Source: a virus
IMG/VR virus record: IMGVR_UViG_3300017917_001946
Coordinates: 4,468 to 68,467 of that record
Reading direction: 5' to 3' (one strand)
DNA: 64,000 nucleotides
The position numbers and the translations under genes were made by a program. Under the pieces are notes generated by a model. That model saw only the letters and a list, made by a program, of their open reading frames with translations, was not told the DNA's origin and searched no databases. Of this stretch, positions 20,329-29,588 are shown one piece after another. The number at the start of each line of letters is the position of its first letter. Positions within the stretch are counted from its first letter, which is position 1.

Positions 20329-21594
20329 ATGGCAAACTTATCAACCCTTCTTGGGGTCAGCGACGTTAGAATTTATAAAAATTATCAGGAATACCGTACA
20401 CCAGGAACTTATACATTTACAGTTCCAGCTGGCGTAACTAGAGTACGTGCAATAGTAATCGGCGGTGGTGGTGCTGGAGGAGCTTCTCCAGACGCAAACT
20501 ATTACGGTGGAGACGGTGGTTCTGGTGGAGGTTTTGCCATGGGAGAATATACTGTTACTCCAGGACAAGCAATTTCAGTAACAGTAGGTGCTGCTGGAAG
20601 ATCTCCACAAACTAGAGGTTGGCCAGATGGAACTGGTGAAAATGGAGGAACGTCTTCATTTGGCGCATTTTGTTCTGCAACTGGCGGCGGTGGTGGCGGA
20701 TGGAGAAATAATAACGGAAAAACTCGTACTCCAGGAACTGCTTCAGGTGGAACTATTATAAATTCTAATGGAGGAACTGGTGGATATGGTTCTCCTTCTT
20801 CATGGGGATGGTCTACTGAAAAATACCCAGGTGGTGGCGGAGGATCAGCTGGTTCTTGGCTAGGTACTGGCGGTGGTGGTGGTAACTGTGAGTCACACGG
20901 TGGACAAACTGCTGCTGGACCAGGTGGAGGTGGAATTGGCGGACCAGGTGGAAATACTGGATGGCCAAGTAGTAGCTCTTCTAATTATTGGATGTGTGGT
21001 GCAGGTGGTGGAGGATCCGCTGAAGGTGGCGGATACGGATACTATGCTGAAAATTATCCAACACAATCAGGATTTGGTGGAAGAGGAATTTTAGCACCTA
21101 GAGTATCTGCAGCAATTCAACATCATCAAGGAGGAGTTCAAGGACACAATCAAGGAACATATGGAGCTTTTGAGCAATGGGGAAGAGAAATTCACGAAGG
21201 TGCAGGATCTAATAACTATAACATTAAAGGCATAGACCTAAATGGTGCAGTAATGGCACCTACAGCATTTGCAACACCTAGATTACTAACAACAGTTGGA
21301 TCTGGTGGTGGCGGTGGCGGTGGCATTTCCTGGGTTGCATATTGGGCTGGTGGAAATGGAGCTGCAGGTGGAGGCGGCGGAGGTTCACAGGCATACAACT
21401 ATGGAACAGGAAACTCTGGACAAGGTGGATTTATGGGTGGTGGATCTGGATCAACAAATGAAGGTATGTATGCTGGCAACGGTGGAGTAGGTGGCGGAGG
21501 TGGCGGTGGAGGCTCAATGCACGGCTGGCAAGGCTGGACAACACACTACGCTGGTGAAGGTGGTCCAGGATACGTAGCAGTAGAATGGGCATAA
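20329..21594 (+). CDS. Glycine-rich tip/adhesin protein
   Basis: PGTYTFTVPAGVTRVRAIVIGGGGAGG..SSFG..ATGGGGG..GGPGYVAVEW, the phage glycine-rich domain pattern. Confidence 0.8.
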   Translation: MANLSTLLGVSDVRIYKNYQEYRTPGTYTFTVPAGVTRVRAIVIGGGGAGGASPDANYYGGDGGSGGGFAMGEYTVTPGQAISVTVGAAGRSPQTRGWPDGTGENGGTSSFGAFCSATGGGGGGWRNNNGKTRTPGTASGGTIINSNGGTGGYGSPSSWGWSTEKYPGGGGGSAGSWLGTGGGGGNCESHGGQTAAGPGGGGIGGPGGNTGWPSSSSSNYWMCGAGGGGSAEGGGYGYYAENYPTQSGFGGRGILAPRVSAAIQHHQGGVQGHNQGTYGAFEQWGREIHEGAGSNNYNIKGIDLNGAVMAPTAFATPRLLTTVGSGGGGGGGISWVAYWAGGNGAAGGGGGGSQAYNYGTGNSGQGGFMGGGSGSTNEGMYAGNGGVGGGGGGGGSMHGWQGWTTHYAGEGGPGYVAVEWA

Positions 21595-21605
21595 GGAGAT
21601 AATAA

Positions 21606-21878
21606 ATGACTAAATGGGCAAGAAAAGATCTAGACGGCCATATTGTAGAAATCATAGATTTTGATCCTACTGGAAAATTCCATGAAGGAATTATATGGAC
21701 AGAAGTTGATGATTCTGCAGAAGTATGGCTTCCAGCTTATACTCCAGAAGCATCTCCAGCACCACAAGGTCCAGCATTAACTCCAGAAGAAGAAGCTCAA
21801 AAAGCAATCGATCTTGCAGAAGCTAATGCAAAATTTGAAGCATGGAGAATAGCACAAGGCCTTCCTCCAGTATCATAA
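21606..21878 (+). CDS. Tail-fibre-assembly-like small protein
   Basis: WARK..IVE..DPTGKFH..W; paralogous to 21892. Confidence 0.6.
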   Translation: MTKWARKDLDGHIVEIIDFDPTGKFHEGIIWTEVDDSAEVWLPAYTPEASPAPQGPALTPEEEAQKAIDLAEANAKFEAWRIAQGLPPVS

Positions 21879-21891
21879 AAAGAAGTTTTAA

Positions 21892-22215
21892 ATGAGTTTA
21901 AAACGACGTTGGGGAAGACTCGATGAAGAAAATAAAGTAATTGAGTTTACCAGAGTAAATCCAATAGGCAGATTTCATCCAGATATAAAATGGATTGAGG
22001 TAGATGAAGATACAAAATGGGGTACACAGTTAACCCTATTTGGCTCTGAAATAAAATATAATGTAAATGAGTATGTAGGACAACCAGTAGATTTAAATGA
22101 AGTATTTAATCAAATGGAACAAGAAAGAAAAAAGGCTGAAGAAAGATTAAATAATCCTAAACCAATAACTAGCGACTTTACAGTATATGTTGACGAAGAA
22201 CTACAGGAACTTTAA
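21892..22215 (+). CDS. Tail-fibre-assembly-like small protein
   Basis: WGRL..VIE..NPIGRFHP..W; paralogous to 21606. Confidence 0.55.
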   Translation: MSLKRRWGRLDEENKVIEFTRVNPIGRFHPDIKWIEVDEDTKWGTQLTLFGSEIKYNVNEYVGQPVDLNEVFNQMEQERKKAEERLNNPKPITSDFTVYVDEELQEL

Positions 22216-22913
22216 TCAAAAGTTTTTTTATTCCAAAACATTTTTTTATAATATCCACTTAGTACAGAATTAGCATCAAACTTAACTTGCTCAGATGCAT
22301 TCATATATTTATCGTCATAGGAAACTTCGCTACTCCAAGATTCTTTTTTAAACGGAATAATTTGTGCTATTGGTGTTCCTCTTTCTATAATTCCTTCAAA
22401 ATCTGATTTTAAGAAAAATGGAATACTTCCTTCTGAAAAATATTTGTCTGCATCCATAATTCCAGAAGTTGTTGTAAACGGCAAATCAAATCTATTTAAT
22501 GGATGAGTTACCATAACAGAGTAACCCCTTGGAACTTTAAAACCAAATCTTCCTAAAAAAGCCCAATTCTCTGGATCGTGTCCAGATGGAACTGGAATTC
22601 CTTTTACTCCACCAGACTCTCTAAATACTACTGGATTTGGAGGAACCTTCCATGAAAGTACAGCCGCTTTAACACCAGGTTCCCTTGTAACCTGAATATC
22701 AGTATGGAGTCTAAGAACATATCCAAAGGTTAAAGAATCTAAAAATGGCACACACTGCTTTCCAGTACTATTTGAAGATAATTCTCTTATTTTTGGTTTT
22801 CCACCTATCCAAGAATCCATATCCTTGTACCATTGAGGTATTATTTTTTTTGCAGGAATAGGATGCTCTAATTTAGGCTCTTTTTGAGTAGGAATAAATA
22901 TTATTTTTTTCAT
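22212..22913 (-). CDS. Hypothetical protein, possibly dUTPase-like beta fold
   Basis: 233-aa ORF filling a gap; PAKK.IPQWYK, KQCVPFLD, HPLNR.DLPF, GTPIAQIIPF; own promoter. Confidence 0.75.
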   Translation of the reverse strand: MKKIIFIPTQKEPKLEHPIPAKKIIPQWYKDMDSWIGGKPKIRELSSNSTGKQCVPFLDSLTFGYVLRLHTDIQVTREPGVKAAVLSWKVPPNPVVFRESGGVKGIPVPSGHDPENWAFLGRFGFKVPRGYSVMVTHPLNRFDLPFTTTSGIMDADKYFSEGSIPFFLKSDFEGIIERGTPIAQIIPFKKESWSSEVSYDDKYMNASEQVKFDANSVLSGYYKKMFWNKKTFD

Positions 22914-22919
22914 GTATTT

Positions 22920-22928
22920 ATAATACCA
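22920..22928 (-). promoter_or_regulatory. Extended -10 TGGTATTAT, 7 nt before the ATG (leaderless)
   Basis: Reverse complement reads TGGTATTAT-AAATAC-ATG. Confidence 0.55.
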
Positions 22929-22995
22929 TTTATTTAATTAAATTAAAAGCCCCTTTTCAATATTTATTTTATATGATATAATTTATATAATTAAA

Positions 22996-23018
22996 TTGAT
23001 AATTATCATAATTATCAA
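22996..23018. promoter_or_regulatory. Perfect 11-1-11 inverted repeat, Fur-box-like operator candidate
   Basis: TTGATAATTAT-C-ATAATTATCAA just downstream of TGATATAAT (22974-22982). Confidence 0.4.
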
Positions 23019-23038
23019 ATATTTTAGTATGGGAAAAC

Positions 23039-23293
23039 ATGTCAGAAGAAACAAAAACCCCTAATGCCGAAGTAGCTTTTGTCGTTGTAAAAAACCTAGA
23101 CGGAACCTATAAACTATTAGATTCATTAAAAGATGAAGTAGTTACCTCTAGAAAAGCCTCTAGACTAGATATTAAACTAGCTGCTGGAGAAATTTATAGC
23201 TCAATTGCAAATGCAGAATCTGCAGAAGCTGTATTAATGTTATTGGCAAGATCTCAACAAAATCAAGAGCAAGCAGAGCCAAATAAAGAATAA
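23039..23293 (+). CDS. Hypothetical protein
   Basis: 84-aa ORF downstream of a promoter, abutting the glycosyltransferase. Confidence 0.65.
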   Translation: MSEETKTPNAEVAFVVVKNLDGTYKLLDSLKDEVVTSRKASRLDIKLAAGEIYSSIANAESAEAVLMLLARSQQNQEQAEPNKE

Positions 23294-23296
23294 TTG

Positions 23297-24355
23297 ATGC
23301 GTTTTCATGTGGTAAGTCTTCCACATACTCAAACGACTAAAGAGTATGTCAATTGCGCCTTTACTGAAAAAGTAAGGCGCTTTTGTCTTATGATGAAAGA
23401 CTTAGGTCATGAAGTTTATTTATATGCTGGGGAACAAAACGAAGCCCCCTGTGATGAACTAATTACTTGTATATCAGAAGAAGAAAGAATTAATGGTCTT
23501 GGAGATAAACATTTTACTTCTGCATCTTTTGATATAACACAACCTTATTGGGATAAATTCTTAAATAACGTAATAGAAGAATTACGCCCACGACTTCAAC
23601 AAAAAGACTTTATATGTCTTATTGGAGGAACATCTCATAAACCAATAGCAGATGCCTATCCAGAACATATGTCAGTAGAGTTTGGCATAGGATATGGATC
23701 TACATTTGCTAAGTATCGTGTATGGGAATCATATTCTTGGATGCATGCATCGTATGCTTCATATAAAGATCCAACAAAAGTTGACGGATTATTTTATGAT
23801 ACAGTCATACCAGGATATTTTGAACCAGAAATGTTTCCATGTCAATCAGAAAAAAAAGATTATTATTTATATATAGGTAGAATGATAGAAAGAAAAGGCG
23901 TAGATATTGCATCTCAAATGTGTAAAGAAATTGGTGCAAAATTAATAATGGCTGGGCCTGGAGATTATATTCCAGAATATGGTGAATATATTGGTCCAAT
24001 AGATTCTGATAAAAGAGCAGAGTTAATGGGAGGAGCAATTGCAGTAATAGCCCCAACAACATATATAGAGCCATTTGGAAATATTGTTCCAGAAGCACAT
24101 TTTTGCGGAACTCCAACAATTACAACAGATTGGGGAGCATTTGTAGAAACAAATCCAAATGGAATAACTGGATATAGATGTAGAACATTGGATGAATTTT
24201 GCAAAGCGGCTGAAGATGTTAAAAAATTAAATCCTCAAATTATTCATGATCGTGCCATGGCCACATACTCAGTAGATGTTATAAAATATAAGTATGATAA
24301 GTATTTCAAAGGACTTTTGACGTTATGGGATAATGGCTGGTACACAAGATTATAA
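23297..24355 (+). CDS. Glycosyltransferase (GT4/GT-B fold)
   Basis: GHEV-x-LY, YLYIGR..RKG, EPFG..EA..CGTP.ITTD.GA. Confidence 0.9.
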   Translation: MRFHVVSLPHTQTTKEYVNCAFTEKVRRFCLMMKDLGHEVYLYAGEQNEAPCDELITCISEEERINGLGDKHFTSASFDITQPYWDKFLNNVIEELRPRLQQKDFICLIGGTSHKPIADAYPEHMSVEFGIGYGSTFAKYRVWESYSWMHASYASYKDPTKVDGLFYDTVIPGYFEPEMFPCQSEKKDYYLYIGRMIERKGVDIASQMCKEIGAKLIMAGPGDYIPEYGEYIGPIDSDKRAELMGGAIAVIAPTTYIEPFGNIVPEAHFCGTPTITTDWGAFVETNPNGITGYRCRTLDEFCKAAEDVKKLNPQIIHDRAMATYSVDVIKYKYDKYFKGLLTLWDNGWYTRL

Positions 24356-24379
24356 GTCATATAATGGTACAATATAAAA

Positions 24380-25504
24380 ATGGCAACTACAGGTAAGGGT
24401 TTTCATTACCCAGTATATACAGACACACCAGACGTCCCTAGAGACCTGGAATACTTAGCTGAAGACGTAGATGCATATTTAACAACACACCCTGGTCCAA
24501 CAGGTGCTACAGGTCCAACAGGACCTGCAGGTGCAACAGGTCCATCAGGACCAATTGGCCCAACAGGCGCTACAGGCCCAACTGGACCAACAGGTCCAAC
24601 TGGTCCATCTGGCCCACAAGGAACTGCGGTAACAATTCTTGGAACATATAATTCATTAGGTGAATTGCAAACAGCACACCCAACTGGAAATGCTGGAGAT
24701 GGTTATTTAATTGGCGGAACTCTTTATGTTTGGTCAGCATCAACATCATTATGGGAAAATGTTGGTAATATTCAAGGTCCAACAGGAGCTACAGGACCAA
24801 CTGGCCCAACAGGACCACAAGGTCCTTCTGGAACAGATTCGGTTGTTCCTGGTCCAGAAGGGGCTACAGGCCCAACAGGACCTGCAGGTGCAACAGGTCC
24901 ATCAGGACCACAAGGTCCTCAAGGTCCATCTGGCCCATCAGGCCCAGTAGGAGCTCAAGGTGCAACTGGACCATCTGGCGCAAACTCTACAGTTGCTGGA
25001 CCAACAGGTCCAACTGGACCAGTAGGCCCAACGGGACCAACGGGACCAGCTGGTGAAGTGACATTACTTGGAGCACAAACCCTTGTAGATAAAACATTAA
25101 ATTATGCTACATTGTTATCTGGAACAGAAACTACTAATATTGTTGCTTCCGCTGCCACTGGAACAATTAACATGGATGCTGAAACATCAACAATTTATTA
25201 TTATACATCTGACGCAACAGCAAATCATACATTAAATTTTAGATATAATTCATCAACATCTTTATCTTCAAAATTAAGTGTTGGAGAAGCAATAACATTT
25301 GTTTGGATGAACACAAGCGGTACAACAGCATATTATCCATCAACTATTCAAGTAGACGGAACAACTGTTACTCCAAAATGGCAGGGAGGAACCGCACCAA
25401 CTGGAGGCAATACAAGCTCTGTAGATTTATATACATTTACAGTTATTAAAACATCGGCTACACCAGCCTATTTAGTTCTTGGATCACAAACTAAGTTTGC
25501 GTAG
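24380..25504 (+). CDS. Collagen-like fibre protein
   Basis: Two Gly-X-Y blocks rich in GPT/GAT/GPS; C-terminal [19 protein letters not shown] domain. Confidence 0.85.
   Translation: MATTGKGFHYPVYTDTPDVPRDLEYLAEDVDAYLTTHPGPTGATGPTGPAGATGPSGPIGPTGATGPTGPTGPTGPSGPQGTAVTILGTYNSLGELQTAHPTGNAGDGYLIGGTLYVWSASTSLWENVGNIQGPTGATGPTGPTGPQGPSGTDSVVPGPEGATGPTGPAGATGPSGPQGPQGPSGPSGPVGAQGATGPSGANSTVAGPTGPTGPVGPTGPTGPAGEVTLLGAQTLVDKTLNYATLLSGTETTNIVASAATGTINMDAETSTIYYYTSDATANHTLNFRYNSSTSLSSKLSVGEAITFVWMNTSGTTAYYPSTIQVDGTTVTPKWQGGTAPTGGNTSSVDLYTFTVIKTSATPAYLVLGSQTKFA
24506..24910 (+). repeat. 48-nt direct repeat (24506-24553 and 24863-24910, one mismatch) within collagen blocks
   Basis: gctacagg(t/c)ccaacaggacctgcaggtgcaacaggtccatcaggacca. 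Confidence 0.8.
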
Positions 25505-25512
25505 GATTAATT

Positions 25513-27123
25513 ATGCCAATAATATCATCTAGAAGTTCAGGGTCTTCAAGAGGCTTTGGATTTGGCATTGGCAAAGCTGGACCAATTGCAACTGGTGGAG
25601 ATATAATTGCAACATATGGATCTTATACATATCATACATTTTTAAATAGTGGAACATTTACAATGCTTTCATCAAAACAAGTAGAAGTTTTAACAGTTGG
25701 CGGTGGCGGAGCTGGTGGAGGACATCACTCTACTCTTTATACAACATATGGCGGTGGTGCTGGAGCTGCATTATTAGCAACAACAACATTGTCTCCAAGT
25801 ACATATACAGTTACAGTTGGAAATGGTGGTTCTGCACCATATTCTACACAAGGCGTTCGTGGACCTAATGGTTCTAGTTCTCAATTTGGATCATTAACCG
25901 CAGCATCTGGTGGCGGTGGTGGCGGAGCATCTACTGGAGGTGGCGCCTATTATAATACACCTTCACAAGATGGTTCAACTGGTGCAAGCGGAGGAAATGG
26001 TGGAGGAGGATCGCCAGCAGGTTCTGGAACACAAGGTTTCGCTGGCGCATTAGGCGGAGGTGGAGGTCAAGGTGGAGCAGCAGGTTCCACAACTCCTGGA
26101 ACTGGTGTAAATTATTTAGATTGGGCGATTGCTTCTGGTAAAGGTGTAAGTGGTTTATTTGCTGGAGGTGGAGCATCTGTAGATTATTTAAATGCTGTTG
26201 GCGGCGGAGGAAATGGTGGAGGTCCAGCGCCATGGGGTGGAACTGGAGTATCTGGAATTGATGGAACTGGCGGTGGCGGTGGAGGCGCAGGAAGAAATCA
26301 GGATTCATATAAAGCAGGTGGAAGTGGTGGTAAAGGAATTGTTATAGTTAGATATTTAGGTTCTCATCCTGATGCAATTATAAGAACAACACCTGGTGCA
26401 GTTCCAACAAATATATCAGTGCCATCCATTGGTGGATCAGCATCTCCTGGCGGCACACTTACAAAAACATCAGATGGATCTTGGAATAATCAAACATCTT
26501 TGGAATATAAGTGGCAATACTCTAATGATGGATCTTTATGGGGAGATAGAACAGCCTGGTCATCAACTTATTCAGATTATTCAATAAGTCCATCTTCTAC
26601 CGCACAAGCACCTTGGCAATACTTTACTTCTTATCCAGCAAAAAATTCTACTAATCAATCATATAATTTAAGACAAGGTTTAAATGGAACACCAGATCAA
26701 GGACTGTACTATAGACTCGCAGTAAGAGCTTTAAATTCAAATGGATATTCTGCACCAGCATATTCATCATCATCATCACAGATTCCACTAATTCCAGTAT
26801 ATTCTGGAGGAGGAAGCTATTCAGGAAGTTTTTCTGTAGGAAGTACAATATTTGCAACAAGAGGAACTTGGAGTTCAACTGCAAATCAATGGCTATATCA
26901 ATATATTAGAGCATCTAATGCAGATGGAAGCAACGTTCAGGCATTTCCACAAATAGGTTCTACGGATTCTGCTGGAAATACTACTCCTGGATGGACTTAT
27001 GGAAGAAACTATACACTTACATCAGCAGATAGAGGATATTATGTGGGATGTATACTTACACCAATAGGAGGGCCTATTAGTGGTGGAAGTGGTGTTACAA
27101 TTGTGTTTGGATACTTACCATGA
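25513..27123 (+). CDS. Glycine-rich tip protein with two C-terminal Ig-like repeats
   Basis: YTYHTF..SGTF..EVL.VGGGGAGG..GGKGIVIVRY, then PSIGG..GTLT..GSW..YKWQ and GSTI..GTW..YQY..YTLTSADRG. Confidence 0.8.
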   Translation: MPIISSRSSGSSRGFGFGIGKAGPIATGGDIIATYGSYTYHTFLNSGTFTMLSSKQVEVLTVGGGGAGGGHHSTLYTTYGGGAGAALLATTTLSPSTYTVTVGNGGSAPYSTQGVRGPNGSSSQFGSLTAASGGGGGGASTGGGAYYNTPSQDGSTGASGGNGGGGSPAGSGTQGFAGALGGGGGQGGAAGSTTPGTGVNYLDWAIASGKGVSGLFAGGGASVDYLNAVGGGGNGGGPAPWGGTGVSGIDGTGGGGGGAGRNQDSYKAGGSGGKGIVIVRYLGSHPDAIIRTTPGAVPTNISVPSIGGSASPGGTLTKTSDGSWNNQTSLEYKWQYSNDGSLWGDRTAWSSTYSDYSISPSSTAQAPWQYFTSYPAKNSTNQSYNLRQGLNGTPDQGLYYRLAVRALNSNGYSAPAYSSSSSQIPLIPVYSGGGSYSGSFSVGSTIFATRGTWSSTANQWLYQYIRASNADGSNVQAFPQIGSTDSAGNTTPGWTYGRNYTLTSADRGYYVGCILTPIGGPISGGSGVTIVFGYLP

Positions 27124-27347
27124 CAGATATTATAAATATTGAACAGCCAGAAGAGGCACCAACATTATTTAAGGTCTCTTCAGACATTGAGTCTGACGAA
27201 TTATATATTAATTGGATTAAAGCAACACCTGGAAGTAGATGGGTTGACATTCAAAATACTGGATTAAATATTATTAGAGAAAATAGAGATAATGTAATTT
27301 ATATTTATAATGAATCATCAGATAGTTGGGATATTGATGTCATATAA
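27120..27347 (+). CDS. Small hypothetical protein, possible chaperone
   Basis: ATGA-coupled ORF after the glycine-rich gene. Confidence 0.5.
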   Translation: MTDIINIEQPEEAPTLFKVSSDIESDELYINWIKATPGSRWVDIQNTGLNIIRENRDNVIYIYNESSDSWDIDVI

Positions 27348-29178
27348 ATTAAAAGTGTTATCAGACTACCCACTAGCATTTTGGCCAGCAGAATCAGTTT
27401 CTGGTAGCGGACTTATGACATACCAAGATTTAATAGATACATTCGATACATATCAAGATTTTGTAAATGCTTTTGGTAACTATGCAGAAGCTGGTGGAAG
27501 TTTAACAGAAGATATTTCTGGATCAAGTAATTCAGCTATCTATAATGGAACATATACAGACGGATTACTTCCTTTAGTTCCAGGTTTTATACAATCGGCA
27601 AAATTAACTGGATCATCATCAATACTATATCCAGTATTAAATGACTATGCTGGAACAACAAATGCGGCAGGGTTTGGAACATCAAATTCATCAGATAATG
27701 ATTTTACACTAGAGTGCTGGGCTTACTTTAATACATCTTCAGAGCTAGAAATACCTTTAGTTGGAGATGCAGAAAATTCAGTTGGGTTATTTTATGATAA
27801 TAAAAATATAGTTTTTAAATTAAATTCAGAACAGATATCTTGGACAATTCCATATTTAAAGAAATCGTTTCATATAGTTGCATCATATACTGGATCTAAA
27901 GCTTATTTGTATATTGATGGAGTTTTAGAAGAAGAAAAAACTCTTTCAAACTTTACATTTTCTAATACCTCTTTAAATTTATCTTCTGGCCCAGTGTCCA
28001 ATTTAAGCGACTACATGCTTATAAATTGCATAGCAGTCTACAGATACTCCCTTGGACTTGAAAATGTTAAAGCTCATTATGACTTAGGTCAAAGTATTAA
28101 TCCAGTGGAAGTAGTGTATCCAGACGGTGGTGAATTATTTAATATATATGACGATGCCTTATCTACAAAATATTCATACTCCTATCCAGCAACAAAATCC
28201 TGGGACTATTTTTTAAATAACGATTTATATTATGATAATATAAATAATGCAATAAGAATTGCATATGGTTCTGGTATTTCAAAAACGGTAACAATAGAAG
28301 ATTTTATTACAATACCTAGTGCTCCAGAAATGGATAATTCTAGAATAGAATGGTATGGAGATAATGGTATATCAGTAGAGACCAGTATAGATGGTATAAC
28401 ATATGTGTCTTGTACAAATGGTCAGCCAATCCCACAGTATTCCCTAGACTCTTTTGATACATCAAGAGATTTATATATTAAGATTACAATGCAGACAACT
28501 GACGACAGCAAGTATTTGCCAAAATTATATACATTATCTATGAGCTTTTATAATGATCAAGCTTTTTATGCAAACAATTCATCGGCGTATATTTCTACAA
28601 ATTCTGGAGGAATTGGATTAAGCAATTCAAATGAATATACTTTACTGTCTAGAGATTCAAGAAATGGCATCGCAGTTCAATCTGGGGGAAGTTTTTATAT
28701 AAATACAAATACTCTAACTAAATCATTAGAGTTCTTTTATACTCCATCAGATTTAAATGGTGGCGGTCTAGTAGAATCATTAGATGGCTCAAATTATGAC
28801 GCATCATCCCTTGCTTGGCCTGCAGGCACATTATCAAAAACCAATATAGATAAAATATATGTAAACGGATTAGACAAGAGTTCACAAACAGATGTTCATA
28901 ATGTCTTTACCAAAGATCAGCTCCAGCATGTAGTAATTACATTTACTGAGCCTATTTCTGGTGCTATTAAGATGAATTATTCTACCACTGGAGCAATTTC
29001 GGCACTTTACCAGAATATAGCCCTATATAATTATTCATTAACAGCAAGTCAAGTATTAGAGCATTTTAATTTATACCTAGGCAATTCATCGGTTAGCCTT
29101 CAAAATGCGTTAATGTCTGTGACAGAAAACTCAATAAGTTATTATAATTATGACTGGAAGGTCGTAGAAAACATATAA
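27337..29178 (+). CDS. LamG/ConA-domain virion protein
   Basis: MSYKLKVLSDYPLAFW, FTLECW, HIVASY..LYIDG, second QHVVITF..IALYNYSL. Confidence 0.75.
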   Translation: MSYKLKVLSDYPLAFWPAESVSGSGLMTYQDLIDTFDTYQDFVNAFGNYAEAGGSLTEDISGSSNSAIYNGTYTDGLLPLVPGFIQSAKLTGSSSILYPVLNDYAGTTNAAGFGTSNSSDNDFTLECWAYFNTSSELEIPLVGDAENSVGLFYDNKNIVFKLNSEQISWTIPYLKKSFHIVASYTGSKAYLYIDGVLEEEKTLSNFTFSNTSLNLSSGPVSNLSDYMLINCIAVYRYSLGLENVKAHYDLGQSINPVEVVYPDGGELFNIYDDALSTKYSYSYPATKSWDYFLNNDLYYDNINNAIRIAYGSGISKTVTIEDFITIPSAPEMDNSRIEWYGDNGISVETSIDGITYVSCTNGQPIPQYSLDSFDTSRDLYIKITMQTTDDSKYLPKLYTLSMSFYNDQAFYANNSSAYISTNSGGIGLSNSNEYTLLSRDSRNGIAVQSGGSFYINTNTLTKSLEFFYTPSDLNGGGLVESLDGSNYDASSLAWPAGTLSKTNIDKIYVNGLDKSSQTDVHNVFTKDQLQHVVITFTEPISGAIKMNYSTTGAISALYQNIALYNYSLTASQVLEHFNLYLGNSSVSLQNALMSVTENSISYYNYDWKVVENI

Positions 29179-29202
29179 TTTTGTCATCAAGGTTGACAAA
29201 AT
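29178..29202. terminator. Hairpin/inverted repeat between the island and the head module
   Basis: ATTTTGTCA-tcaaggt-TGACAAAAT. Confidence 0.4.
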
Positions 29203-29240
29203 ATGGACTTTGACCCAAAAGAATGGTAAAATTATAACCT

Positions 29241-29588
29241 ATGGATATTAATAAAATTAATACAAAGGTTCTAGATGAAGAGACTAGACTTGGTATATAT
29301 GTCTGGGAAATGCCAGATGGAAGGTGGATAGGCGATGATGAAGGAAACTATTTATCAATCACCTCAACAAAAGGAAACAAGTCACGAATTTCTTTATTGG
29401 CTAATGAAGTTCGGTCATACGGTATTTCTGAAGGCGGGCCTCTATTTCTTTCTGGACGCAGGAAAATCGACGACGAAGAATTTGAATATCAGCAACAAAG
29501 ATTAAAGTGGGGTCTTGTACCAGATCCATTGGATATTGGTAATTATAAAGATGAAATGAAAGCGTTGAAAAACGGAGGGCTAAAATAA
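29241..29588 (+). CDS. Hypothetical protein preceding the portal
   Basis: GIYVWEMPDG; TGGTAAAAT promoter at 29224-29232; TAATG coupling to portal. Confidence 0.75.
   Translation: MDINKINTKVLDEETRLGIYVWEMPDGRWIGDDEGNYLSITSTKGNKSRISLLANEVRSYGISEGGPLFLSGRRKIDDEEFEYQQQRLKWGLVPDPLDIGNYKDEMKALKNGGLK

Noticed and set aside
24490-25050. CRISPR-like or satellite repeats
   Set aside because: 9-nt periodicity is collagen Gly-X-Y coding within an open frame; no spacers or cas genes
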